Assembly (NCBI GenBank): GCA_903839725.1
Contig: CAIMDG010000002.1
Coordinates: 65,078-129,077 of the forward strand
Length of the DNA stretch: 64,000 nt
Direction: 5' to 3'
From: an uncultured bacterium
Lineage (GTDB): Bacteria > Patescibacteriota > Minisyncoccia > Phycocordibacterales > PALSA-1337
The first letter of the stretch is position 1. Each line of letters starts with the position of its first letter. Of the stretch, positions 43,939-53,652 are shown piece after piece. The translations under genes and the position numbers were made by a program. The notes below the pieces were generated by a model. That model was given only the letters and a program-made list of their open reading frames with translations. It did no database searches and was not told where the DNA came from.

Positions 43939-44653
43939 GGATAGAATTATATCACAGTTGTTTTGACAAGGCCTACCCTTGTCGATTAAGTATATTACCC
44001 TGAACTCGAATTGTTCCTACATAATCCATGAAGCTTGAATATACATATCTTATTGAACATTCGAACGCTTCAACCGGATACTCTCTTCGTGCGTCTTTGG
44101 TCATATCTGGTTCATCAATACCGTATGGATTCAAGTGAATATATTGAATCAAGTATCTAAAATAATTATCATCACTAACATGTTTTGATTTGTATTGCCC
44201 TTGAAATATGGTCCCTGAATGATCATATTTGTGGTTAAAGTATGTCGAATAACTCGTACATATTTTATGTATAAATGTATATATACCATTCTCTACTTTC
44301 TCTTTTAATGCTAGATGGAAATGGTTTGGCATTAAACAGTATGCTTTTATGTCGACAAGGGTAGACCTTGTAAACAAAAACATATGATTTGGTTTCAATT
44401 TTTTAAAATCTAACTTATGAGTATCATTGGCAGCATATAATAAACACATAAAACGTTCATAATCACTCGTATCAAGAAATATAGGTGCTTTGTGAGCCCC
44501 TCGGTTATACACATGGTAGTATTCATTAATTATATGCATAAGTAATTCAACAGGGCGACAAAGTCTACCCTTGTTTAATTACAATATCACTAACGTATGA
44601 AGATTCTGTGAAAAAAGAATCAAAATTGAATGAAGAACAAGGGTAGGCCTTGT
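43900..44653. repeat. Five 17-bp REP-like palindromes ACAAGG-N5-CCTTGT
   Basis: Copies at 43900-43916, 43966-43982, 44355-44371 (inverted), 44558-44574 (one mismatch), 44637-44653 (inverted). Confidence 0.92.
43973..44539 (-). mobile_element. REP-associated tyrosine transposase (RAYT; Y1 HUH, IS200/IS605 superfamily)
   Basis: YYHVYNRG, AYCLMPNHFHL (HUH), GTIFQGQY, YIHLNP; flanked by REP palindromes. Confidence 0.92.
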
Positions 44654-44707
44654 TATACAAAACCACCCCGCAGAAGCGGGGTGGTGAAGAAACCTGGAAA
44701 AGTCAGA

Positions 44708-45202
44708 CTATATACAAGCACCGTTATTCTGAACAGTAGCATCGATAGCAGTCTTGCCAGATATATTCTTAGCATTACCACTACTATCAACACAGTAAGA
44801 ACCTGAAGCATCTGGGAGAATTACTGATGCAGACCACTTTCCAGCAGCAGTAGCGACATCAGCTGAACAGGTTACCTTTTCTGCAGCTACACTAATATTT
44901 GAGTTGATACCAGTGACAATATTAGTTACTCCACTTGTACTAAATACTGATCCTGTATTACATGCAGCAGTTGTACCAAAGCCTGTTGCTACAAGAATAC
45001 CATAATCTCCTCCATTTGCTGCCAATTCGACTGCACTGCGCAAACTACTCATTTGAGCCTTTGTAGCAGCCGCTTTACCCTTACTTCGTGCTGTTCCCAA
45101 CGAAACCAACACAACTGAACTCAAAATACCAATGATGGCAATAACGACGAGCAATTCGATAAGAGTGAAACCTCCTTCTTTGTTATGTAAATTCTTTTTC
45201 AT
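44708..45202 (-). CDS. Type IV pilin, probably the major pilin
   Basis: GG/FTLIELLVVIAIIGILSSVVL, ARSK, YCVDSSG; own terminator near 44662-44685. Confidence 0.9.
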   Translation of the reverse strand: MKKNLHNKEGGFTLIELLVVIAIIGILSSVVLVSLGTARSKGKAAATKAQMSSLRSAVELAANGGDYGILVATGFGTTAACNTGSVFSTSGVTNIVTGINSNISVAAEKVTCSADVATAAGKWSASVILPDASGSYCVDSSGNAKNISGKTAIDATVQNNGACI

Positions 45203-45328
45203 AGAATGAAATTATTTATAAATATTAATTGATCTAATAATTCAAAACTCACAATTAAGAGTCATTGAGACTATTATAGCACCCCTCGAAACATCAAGGA
45301 CTTTCAAGGTGTGGATAACAGGTGGAAT

Positions 45329-46540
45329 CTACTGACTTGAAGCAATGTTGTAGATAGGGATGAGCACAGAAGCCAATAATACAGCCACTCCCCCGCCAAG
45401 CATCACGATCATGAGTGGTTCGATAAGAGATACGATGGATTCGATGGCCGTAGAAACTTCACGTGCGTAAAAACGTGATACCGTCTTCAAGATAGTGCCC
45501 ACTTCTCCAGTCTCTTCACCAACTTTCATCATCTGAGTCATGATGCCAGGAATCTGACGTGGATTGTTAGCAAGTGATTCTGACAATGTCTTACCGCCTT
45601 TCACTGCACCGACAGCTTCGGTCAAGATGCCTTCATATATTTTGTTATTGATAACATTCGAGGTCAACTCGAGAGCGCGAACGATAGGAATACCTGAGGC
45701 CAACATTGTTGACATGTTATCGGCGAGACGTGAAAGATAGAGCTTACGATACAGTGTGCTGATGTATGGAACAGATATCTTGAATTGATCAAATGCCATA
45801 CGTCCTGCTGGTGTACGAATAAAACGAATGACCAAGAATACTACGACAACAAATACACCAATAAGAATAAATCCATAACTCACCAAGAAATTACTGATAC
45901 CGAGCACAATCTGAGTATATATAGGAATCTCTTGACCAGACTGAGTCATGATTTCACTGATCTTTGGAATAACCATAGTGAACATCAATATCATAACCAC
46001 AAAGAATGTAACAACGATGAATGCAGGATAGATAAGAGCACCTCTCACTTTTGATGATAGTTCGTACGTACGCTCGAGATAATCAGCCAGATACTGGAAT
46101 GTTTCATCAAGCTTTCCGGACTCTTCACCGGCCTTGACCATGTTCACATAAAAATCAGAGAATATTTTTGGGTGCTTTGCGAGCGCTGCTGAAATCGAGT
46201 TACCACTTTGTAAATCATCAGCAATAATCTCCAATTTGTCTCCCAAAAGCCGATTTTCTGTTTCAGAACTCAACAAACGAAACACACGCAATGCTGAAAC
46301 TTGCGCTTGGAACAATGTTGCCAACTGACGTGACAATATCACCACATCCTTCATCGGTACTCGGTCAAAAAAGGCAATATTCTTCGAAAGCATCGACTTA
46401 CTACCCTGGGCTTCCTTGATCGATGCAAGCACCAAACCACGACGTTGCAACGAAGAAATTGCAACTTCAACATTCACCGCATCAATAGATCCGGATTTTT
46501 GTGCGCCTGCCTCATCGAGTGCTTCGTAATTGAATAACAT
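45329..46540 (-). CDS. pilC: Type IV pilus platform protein
   Basis: Two T2SSF repeats: GEESGKLD, ALIYP, GEETG, IEP. Confidence 0.95.
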   Translation of the reverse strand: MLFNYEALDEAGAQKSGSIDAVNVEVAISSLQRRGLVLASIKEAQGSKSMLSKNIAFFDRVPMKDVVILSRQLATLFQAQVSALRVFRLLSSETENRLLGDKLEIIADDLQSGNSISAALAKHPKIFSDFYVNMVKAGEESGKLDETFQYLADYLERTYELSSKVRGALIYPAFIVVTFFVVMILMFTMVIPKISEIMTQSGQEIPIYTQIVLGISNFLVSYGFILIGVFVVVVFLVIRFIRTPAGRMAFDQFKISVPYISTLYRKLYLSRLADNMSTMLASGIPIVRALELTSNVINNKIYEGILTEAVGAVKGGKTLSESLANNPRQIPGIMTQMMKVGEETGEVGTILKTVSRFYAREVSTAIESIVSLIEPLMIVMLGGGVAVLLASVLIPIYNIASSQ

Positions 46541-46545
46541 ATAAA

Positions 46546-47604
46546 TTAAATAAGTCTTTCCAACGTCTTTGGATTCTGAGAATGCACATAGGCACTCTCA
46601 ACAGTAATCTCACCTGCACGTACCAACTCCGCCAACGAACGATCCATATCGATCATACCCTCTTGTGAACTTGTCTCGATGATAGTATTTATTTCATGAA
46701 TACGTTTCTCACGAATGAGGTTGGCGACAGCATTGTTATTGATGAGCAACTCATATGCAGGAATGAGACCGCCTGATATTCGTGGAATGAGACGTTGTGA
46801 GAAAATTCCATTCAACGATCCTGCAAGCTGTATACGAATCTGATCTTGTTGTCCTGGTGGGAATGAGTCGATGATGCGATTGATCGTCTGGGCCGCATTG
46901 TTGGTATGAAGTGTCGAGAAAACCAAGTGACCTGTTTCCGCCGCAGTTACCGCAGTGCCGATGGTATTGATGTCGCGCATTTCCCCCAACATAACTACGT
47001 CAATATCTTCACGGAACATAGCGGTCAATGCATTTGGAAAATCTGGAGTATCAACACGAACTTCTCGCTGATCGATAATAGACTTTTTTGACTCAAACAA
47101 ATATTCGACTGGATCCTCAATAGTCAAAATGTGAGCAGGGCGTGATTGGTTGATCATTTCGATCATGGTGGCGAGTGTCGTTGTTTTTCCATTACCTATT
47201 GGACCAACCACAATGAAGAATCCTTGTGACTTGCGGGTAAATGATTCCAAAATTGGAGGCAGACCAAGTTCAGCAAGAGTACGGATAACTTTCGGGATCA
47301 AGCGGAGCGCAATCGACATGCTTCCTTGGTGAAAATATACATTTCCACGGAAACGAGCATTGTCCAAAGAATATGAAAAGTCAGCACTTCTCTCTTTGTT
47401 CAAAATATCTTTTGCAGGACCAGAAAGGAATACATCTGCATATCCTTTCATATCTTGTTCAGTGATCACTTGACGCTTCATGAGAGGAATAAGACTCCCT
47501 GAAATACGCACGAATGGTGTTCTTCCTACAGAAAGGTGTATGTCAGAAGCTCCCTGTTTGAGGATGAGATCAACTAAATCCTGAATTTCTTTTTTGTAAT
47601 CCAT
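46546..47604 (-). CDS. pilT: Type IV pilus retraction ATPase
   Basis: ASDIHL, GPIGNGKTT, TIEDPVE, GEMRD, AETGHLVFSTLHT, NLIRE. Confidence 0.93.
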   Translation of the reverse strand: MDYKKEIQDLVDLILKQGASDIHLSVGRTPFVRISGSLIPLMKRQVITEQDMKGYADVFLSGPAKDILNKERSADFSYSLDNARFRGNVYFHQGSMSIALRLIPKVIRTLAELGLPPILESFTRKSQGFFIVVGPIGNGKTTTLATMIEMINQSRPAHILTIEDPVEYLFESKKSIIDQREVRVDTPDFPNALTAMFREDIDVVMLGEMRDINTIGTAVTAAETGHLVFSTLHTNNAAQTINRIIDSFPPGQQDQIRIQLAGSLNGIFSQRLIPRISGGLIPAYELLINNNAVANLIREKRIHEINTIIETSSQEGMIDMDRSLAELVRAGEITVESAYVHSQNPKTLERLI

Positions 47605-47608
47605 ATAG

Positions 47609-48007
47609 TTATACTTTCTTACTAGCTGTTATTTTTTCAACTTCCAACAATACTTCGGAAGGGATAGCTGTTGCTTTGACGATATACCCATCGACGTTAA
47701 GCTTCTTGGCGCGTGCAATATCATCAGAGGTTCCTTGGTTAGTCAGCATAATAATCACTGCAGTAGGTATCAAATTTTCTTTGCGAATCGCTTCCACAAA
47801 TGACAGTCCGTCCATTCCTGGCATCACGATATCACACGTGATCACATCTGGTACAAATCCCTCTTCCTTTATCATCTTGAGAGCAGCGAGTGTAGAATCA
47901 CATGTCTTGACCTGATAGCCAGCCTTGGTGAATTTGAGGGCATACATGTCAAGCAAGAATCTATCATCATCTATACATAAAATTTTCTTCTGGATAGGTT
48001 CTGGCAT
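47609..48007 (-). CDS. Single-domain response regulator (receiver)
   Basis: IDDD, DIVMPGMDG, MLTN, YIVK. Confidence 0.92.
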   Translation of the reverse strand: MPEPIQKKILCIDDDRFLLDMYALKFTKAGYQVKTCDSTLAALKMIKEEGFVPDVITCDIVMPGMDGLSFVEAIRKENLIPTAVIIMLTNQGTSDDIARAKKLNVDGYIVKATAIPSEVLLEVEKITASKKV

Positions 48008-48060
48008 GAATATATTATACAGGAGAAATCGTGGTGACGTTATCCACATTACATAGTATC

Positions 48061-48186
48061 CAAAACCCACAGGAGGGGTGCATACTCATTTTTTACACAA
48101 GTTTAGAGACATGTACATTACTCAGTGTACCTCAATGTTTACAAACTTGTGTAAAAAATGAGTATGCACCCCTCCTGTGGGTTTTG
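48061..48186 (+). repeat. Hairpin family 1, copy B: 44-bp perfect arms, 38-nt loop
   Basis: 48061-48104 is the reverse complement of 48143-48186. Confidence 0.95.
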
Positions 48187-48224
48187 TCACCAATATAACG
48201 TCACTACCATTTCTTAATTTCCTA

Positions 48225-49964
48225 CTAGAGCTTTGTCACCTCTTCAAATGGAATAATCTTTTGGGATGCTTTGAGAATAGCGTCATTCTTGACGGTGAGC
48301 ATTCCTTTGCGTCGAAGAATCTTCATGATTTCATTTTCTGTTGGCGTCTTGAGTATTATTTCTTCAATTTCTTTGTCCATTTTGAACATTTCGAACACTG
48401 CCATACGACCACGAGTACCCTTTGGACATTCGGGTGTAGGTTTTATCTTGTACATAGTATCTCCAATTGCAATTTTACTACGGAACTCCTGAGGAAGATC
48501 CTCGAATTCACGGTCAATCATCGCTTTGACACTTCCGTCGACTTGCATCAGTTCTCCACTGTTCGGACACAATACACTTACGAGACGCTGAGCTACAGAC
48601 AAGATGAGTGTAGGTGCAATCAAGTACGGATCAACTCCCATGTCGATCAGACGAGGGATCACACCGGCTGAATTGTTGGTGTGGAGTGTTGAGAATACCA
48701 AGTGACCGGTAAGAGCTGCCTGCACAGCCAACTGAGCAGTTTCTTTATCGCGGATTTCTCCCACCATGATGACATCGGGGTCCTGACGAAGTGTCGTACG
48801 CAAACCAGCGGCAAATGTATATCCTATTTCTGGGCGCACTTGTGACTGACTCACTCCTTCGATCGAGTATTCAACTGGATCTTCGAGAGAAAGCACGTTG
48901 TACTTCTCGCGATCGATTTCATTCAAGACAGAATACAATGTTGTTGATTTTCCGGAACCTGTAGGACCTGTAATCAAGATCATGCCGTACGGCTTCGCTA
49001 TCGCTTCACGTAATGTTGCGAGATTTTCTGGAGACATGCCGATCTGATCCAATGTACGAATACCTTTTGCTTGGTCGAGGATACGCATTTCAACCTTTTC
49101 CCCATAATATGACGGGAATGTAGAGACACGGAAGTCAATACGTCTTCCATCAATACGTGCCGTAAAACGGCCGTCTTGAGGCTTTCTTTTCTCATCGAGA
49201 CGCATGTTCGAAAGCACTTTGATACGAGCAACTACTGCCGAGTGAACCTGTGCAGGCAAAACGAGACTTGTATTCAAATCTCCATCAACACGGAAACGAA
49301 CACGGACTTTGTCACGCATATGTTCAATGTGCACGTCAGACGCATCCCCTTCAACGGCATAACGGACGATAGTAGCCACGATCTTTACTACTGGAGCATC
49401 TTCAATAATGATGGCATTTTCTTTTTCTTTGTTTGCTGCAGTAGGAACATTTTGTTGTGCAAGCTCTTCTTTTGAAAGAGTGTCACTTGTATCAACTGAC
49501 AATTCTGTTTCCAATTCTGAAAGAGCTTTCGAAACTTCTCCGGTCATGCCCTTATAGGCATCAATCACTTTACCAAAATCATCGAGTGTAATCAGGAATA
49601 CTTTGTAAGGAATATTCTTTTTTGCAGCAAGAAAGTTGAGCGCATCACGTGCCTCCATGTTGTTCGGGTCGACGATACCCACTTCGAGCACCCCTTCCTT
49701 GAGAGCCAGAGGTGCAAAATGATAGTGAACAGCTGATTCTTCTGGGATATAATCCAATACATCAAAAGGAATTGATGATTCTACAACTGAACGAACAGGA
49801 ATATTCAAGAATTCACCACGAGCAATGATAATATCTTCTGGTTTCACACCACGTGCGACAAGAGCCTCGTCGATAGTTGCACCAGAAGACATCTGCTTGC
49901 GCACTTCGCCGAGATCATCTTTCGTGATTAATTTTTTTTGTAGAAGTATATCGAGTACTGACAT
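48225..49964 (-). CDS. pilB: Type IV pilus assembly ATPase
   Basis: ASDVHIE, RFRVDG, PQDGR, GPTGSGKS, LRQDPDVIMVGEIRD. Confidence 0.95.
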   Translation of the reverse strand: MSVLDILLQKKLITKDDLGEVRKQMSSGATIDEALVARGVKPEDIIIARGEFLNIPVRSVVESSIPFDVLDYIPEESAVHYHFAPLALKEGVLEVGIVDPNNMEARDALNFLAAKKNIPYKVFLITLDDFGKVIDAYKGMTGEVSKALSELETELSVDTSDTLSKEELAQQNVPTAANKEKENAIIIEDAPVVKIVATIVRYAVEGDASDVHIEHMRDKVRVRFRVDGDLNTSLVLPAQVHSAVVARIKVLSNMRLDEKRKPQDGRFTARIDGRRIDFRVSTFPSYYGEKVEMRILDQAKGIRTLDQIGMSPENLATLREAIAKPYGMILITGPTGSGKSTTLYSVLNEIDREKYNVLSLEDPVEYSIEGVSQSQVRPEIGYTFAAGLRTTLRQDPDVIMVGEIRDKETAQLAVQAALTGHLVFSTLHTNNSAGVIPRLIDMGVDPYLIAPTLILSVAQRLVSVLCPNSGELMQVDGSVKAMIDREFEDLPQEFRSKIAIGDTMYKIKPTPECPKGTRGRMAVFEMFKMDKEIEEIILKTPTENEIMKILRRKGMLTVKNDAILKASQKIIPFEEVTKL

Positions 49965-50002
49965 AAAGGGCGAATGGTATTATTACTATACTCTATGCTC
50001 TA

Positions 50003-50353
50003 CTAACGAGTCGCTCCTGCTGCTGGCTTTGACTTTGTAGCCTCTCCTGGTAGTGGTGCAAAAGGGTTTGATCTGCCGACTGCCTGATCAGGTATATCAA
50101 CTGAATAATCATACAATTTTGTATATGCAGGATCCTGGAATAATTGACTATCAATATGCAACAATCGAATTTGATTGAGCAATGAAAGAACTTGTGTCTG
50201 ATCAACAGAAGATGCGCCTGTGGCAGTAACTCCTATTCCTCCAGTGTTCGAAGAACTATCCTGGCCATAAAAGTAAAAGAATATTCCACCGCCAATAACG
50301 ACGATTACAATAATCCAAATCCATGTTTTCATTGAAGATGATTGGGTATTCAT
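50003..50353 (-). CDS. Small single-TM pilus accessory protein (PilP-like position)
   Basis: N-terminal TM, GRSNPF motif, follows pilO. Confidence 0.65.
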   Translation of the reverse strand: MNTQSSSMKTWIWIIVIVVIGGGIFFYFYGQDSSSNTGGIGVTATGASSVDQTQVLSLLNQIRLLHIDSQLFQDPAYTKLYDYSVDIPDQAVGRSNPFAPLPGEATKSKPAAGATR

Positions 50354-50360
50354 GATAGTG

Positions 50361-50924
50361 CTATTGGCGGAGCCAATATGTTTTAAGTTCAACTCCAAAA
50401 TCGTACGTTCCCGTATCACTTCCTGACAAGGTCAAATGTGTAATATCCATAATACGCAAACTCTTTTCAAGATCATTCAAGAAATTGATAAATTGGCCAT
50501 ATTGAGCGGTTGTATTGAAAGAAACGGTAACCGTATCGAGAGTAGGAACTGACAAACTATTATTGGAAGCGGACTTAATACCTGAATCTTTCTTTCCGTC
50601 AGATGATGCAGAGGCTCTAATATTCTTGAGAGAAAAACCATTTTTAACGGCAATACTATTCAAGTCAATAACCAAGCGAATATTATCGACAGTGTCAGGA
50701 ATCATCTTTTTCATACGAGCCTGATCGTCACTCGAAACATTGTTCCAGTCCTTGCGAACCTCTTCACGAAGTCTAATGAGTTCTTTTGCGCTCGAAAGAG
50801 CTGAAACATAGCCGCTACTGACTAGGTTTGTCGTCTTGATCTCCTCCATCAATTTGTTTGTATACGTAAAATACAAACCAATTGAGAGTCCGATGAGAAT
50901 GATTGCGATAAGATTACGGTTCAT
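50361..50924 (-). CDS. pilO: Type IV pilus alignment protein
   Basis: TM, coiled coil, MIPD, YGQFINFLNDLEKSLRIMDI. Confidence 0.85.
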   Translation of the reverse strand: MNRNLIAIILIGLSIGLYFTYTNKLMEEIKTTNLVSSGYVSALSSAKELIRLREEVRKDWNNVSSDDQARMKKMIPDTVDNIRLVIDLNSIAVKNGFSLKNIRASASSDGKKDSGIKSASNNSLSVPTLDTVTVSFNTTAQYGQFINFLNDLEKSLRIMDITHLTLSGSDTGTYDFGVELKTYWLRQ

Positions 50925-50928
50925 ATGA

Positions 50929-51591
50929 TTATTGATTGTTATCTGAACCCTGATTTGCTGTCGAACTTGCTACAAAATCCTTGTATAGAAAATTCTTGGC
51001 ATCTACCGTAGCACTAAATCCAAAAGACACTGTTCCTGAAGAATCCAAAGATGGGTCAGACAATATAGGATTCTTAATAATCTTACTCAAACCATATTTT
51101 TCAAGTTGACTAAGCACGTCAGACTGGAATGCAACTGAAGGAAATGATGTTCCGTATCCACGCATACTGATTTTGATACTATCACCTGCCGCATTGAGTC
51201 CTGCTGGAGCAGACACATCAAGATTGAGGAAGCGAACATTTTCGATAGTAAATCGTCCAAGAATATCAAAGATACGTGATATTGATAAGTGATTGTTGAT
51301 GAGCTTACGTGACAAATCAATTTTGTTTTGTTTTTGTTTCAAGAATTCAATATCGCTCACGCCAAACTCTTTTTGGCGAGCAGTAAGATCATTCTTATAT
51401 TGTTGCTGGAGATTGGAGACGTGATCATTCCAAAAATACGCACCGCCCGCACCTGCAAGAGAAGCGATGAAAATGATACTAGCAATCAAAAGAAATAGAC
51501 TCGAAATCCCATATGTCGAATTCGAAATATGCGACCCTGTCTGAGAGAGTTGTTTTTTGGGTATAAACGAAGTTTGGAATTTGGTCTCCAT
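50929..51591 (-). CDS. PilN-like protein
   Basis: FQTSFIPK N-terminus, TM, coiled coil; lies between pilM and pilO. Confidence 0.7.
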   Translation of the reverse strand: METKFQTSFIPKKQLSQTGSHISNSTYGISSLFLLIASIIFIASLAGAGGAYFWNDHVSNLQQQYKNDLTARQKEFGVSDIEFLKQKQNKIDLSRKLINNHLSISRIFDILGRFTIENVRFLNLDVSAPAGLNAAGDSIKISMRGYGTSFPSVAFQSDVLSQLEKYGLSKIIKNPILSDPSLDSSGTVSFGFSATVDAKNFLYKDFVASSTANQGSDNNQ

Positions 51592-51651
51592 AATAGATTC
51601 TGTGTAAGTATATCAGGAATCCGTCTACAGAGCTTGTGTATAACGTATTCC

Positions 51652-52761
51652 CTATTCCAATTCTGAAAGAGCTCTGATAGCTGCGCCTATGGCTACCGCA
51701 AATTCTGGACCAGCCTGAGTGAATTCTTCGGCCAAAAATGCTGGTGTTTCAAGCTTTGAGAAAGGATCAGCATATACGACATCTGTTTGAAAACTGATTT
51801 TTGCAAGATCAATGAAACCCTTGAGGAGAACTCCTCCTCCGGTCAAAATAACCTTTGATACATTCTTGGCGTACTTTTTCTGATAGTTCAGCAGACTTGA
51901 ATTGGCTTCATAGAATACATAATCGAGGTTAACCGTAATAATTTCGGTAAGCTCTTTGTATTCTGGACCACCTTTCAAACCATGAACACGTTTCATATTT
52001 TCAGCTTCACCTACGGAAATAGACAGGGCTTTTGAAAGGGTGAGTGTAATATCCTGACTACCTTTATTGATAATATGTGAAGCACGAAGTATGCCACGTT
52101 CAACAATGTATAGTTTTGTTGATCGAGCACCCATGTCGATCACCATGTTGGTACTCATACCTTGGTCGAGAGCTGCACGAATAGAGCTAAAAAGCTCAAT
52201 CTCATAAAACTTGGGGTTCAGGTGAGTTCCTGCCATGACTGATTGATAGGTATTTATGTATTCGTTATGAATTGCAACTACCAACACATCTCTTCCCTGT
52301 TTTTCTGTTTTTGTGGAATCATCATCAGTCACAAAACTATCCTCTCGAGGAATAATAGAATAATCGAGAAGAACTTCATTGAGTGGTACGGGAATATATT
52401 TGCGAGCCTCAAGTGCAACAACATCAGCAACTTGTTTGTCCCCAACTGGAGGAATAGTGATGAATGCAGTAAGACTAGATGAAAGTGGTAAAGCGACACC
52501 AGCAGAAGTGGTGGTTGTTTTTGATTCTTTGAGAATATCACTTACCGCCTCGATCATTCTTTCTGGAGGTAATGCAACCGCACGACCAACTTCCATATTT
52601 GCATATGGACCAAGAGCCAATTCACCATATGTCTCAAGCACTGCGTGGCCACGCTTTTTTTTGATTTGAATCACCTTCACTGAGGATGAACCAATATCTA
52701 TGCCGAGAACGCTCGATTCTTTTTTGAAAAAAGACGACAGGAATGATCCGAATGAAGCCAT
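51652..52761 (-). CDS. pilM: Type IV pilus assembly protein
   Basis: LGIDIGSSSVK, EARKYIPVP, IDMG, ILTGGG, FAVAIG. Confidence 0.93.
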   Translation of the reverse strand: MASFGSFLSSFFKKESSVLGIDIGSSSVKVIQIKKKRGHAVLETYGELALGPYANMEVGRAVALPPERMIEAVSDILKESKTTTTSAGVALPLSSSLTAFITIPPVGDKQVADVVALEARKYIPVPLNEVLLDYSIIPREDSFVTDDDSTKTEKQGRDVLVVAIHNEYINTYQSVMAGTHLNPKFYEIELFSSIRAALDQGMSTNMVIDMGARSTKLYIVERGILRASHIINKGSQDITLTLSKALSISVGEAENMKRVHGLKGGPEYKELTEIITVNLDYVFYEANSSLLNYQKKYAKNVSKVILTGGGVLLKGFIDLAKISFQTDVVYADPFSKLETPAFLAEEFTQAGPEFAVAIGAAIRALSELE

Positions 52762-52789
52762 GGGTATATTATAAGGTATAATCGCATTT

Positions 52790-53500
52790 ATGAATATCCT
52801 CATCACTATCTACCAAACTGTCCTTGAAGCACTCTTCCCCACTTCTTCTGCCGAAAAAGAGTTGTTCTCATACACACCGGAACAGGTATATACTCTCTTT
52901 CCTCACGTTTCTGATTATAGTGGTCTCGCTATACCGTTGCCAAACGTACACTCAATCTATACCTACAAGGATCCACGAGTCACTCAATTGGTATGGAATA
53001 TAAAATACAAGAAATCAAAACGTGCAATTGAGATTGCCGGGTATGCGTTCGGTCGACAACTTGAATCTCAATTCGATATGTTCAACAAAGAGAATTCTGA
53101 AACCATTCCCAGACCAACCTTACTCATTGTGCCAATACCTATTTCTATACAACGACGCAAAGAACGTGGGTACAATCAGTGTGAATTGATAACCGACGAA
53201 CTGAAACAACGAGATACACATAAGAGATTCCTCGTTATCCAAAATCTTCTCATTCGCACACATCACGCTTCACGACAAACATTGAAAGATCGTTCGGAGC
53301 GTCTACAAAGTGCGCAAGGAATTTTTGACGTGAATGAAAAAGTACTCAAACATATGTTGAATATAAATCCTGAAATACAACACATACCAATCGTCATCAT
53401 TGATGATGTGATCACAACAGGAAGTACCATGAAAGAAGCTATCGATGCATTAGAAAAAGCAGGATTCACACAAGTGCATGGCCTTTCCCTAGCGCACTAA
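52790..53500 (+). CDS. comF: ComF family competence protein (PRTase-like)
   Basis: IKY, VPIP..RRKERGYNQ, IIDDVITTGST. Confidence 0.9.
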   Translation: MNILITIYQTVLEALFPTSSAEKELFSYTPEQVYTLFPHVSDYSGLAIPLPNVHSIYTYKDPRVTQLVWNIKYKKSKRAIEIAGYAFGRQLESQFDMFNKENSETIPRPTLLIVPIPISIQRRKERGYNQCELITDELKQRDTHKRFLVIQNLLIRTHHASRQTLKDRSERLQSAQGIFDVNEKVLKHMLNINPEIQHIPIVIIDDVITTGSTMKEAIDALEKAGFTQVHGLSLAH

Positions 53501-53522
53501 GTGAGATTATAAAATTCAAACA

Positions 53523-53646
53523 CAACCTCAGCGGGAGGCAGTGTACTCATTTTTCGTACAAGTTTAGAGACATGTACATTACACCGCGTACCTCAATGTT
53601 TACAAACTTGTACGAAAAATGAGTACACTGCCTCCCGCTGAGGTTG
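53523..53646 (+). repeat. Hairpin family 1, copy C: 43-bp perfect arms, 38-nt loop
   Basis: 53523-53565 is the reverse complement of 53604-53646. Confidence 0.95.
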
Positions 53647-53652
53647 GTCCCC

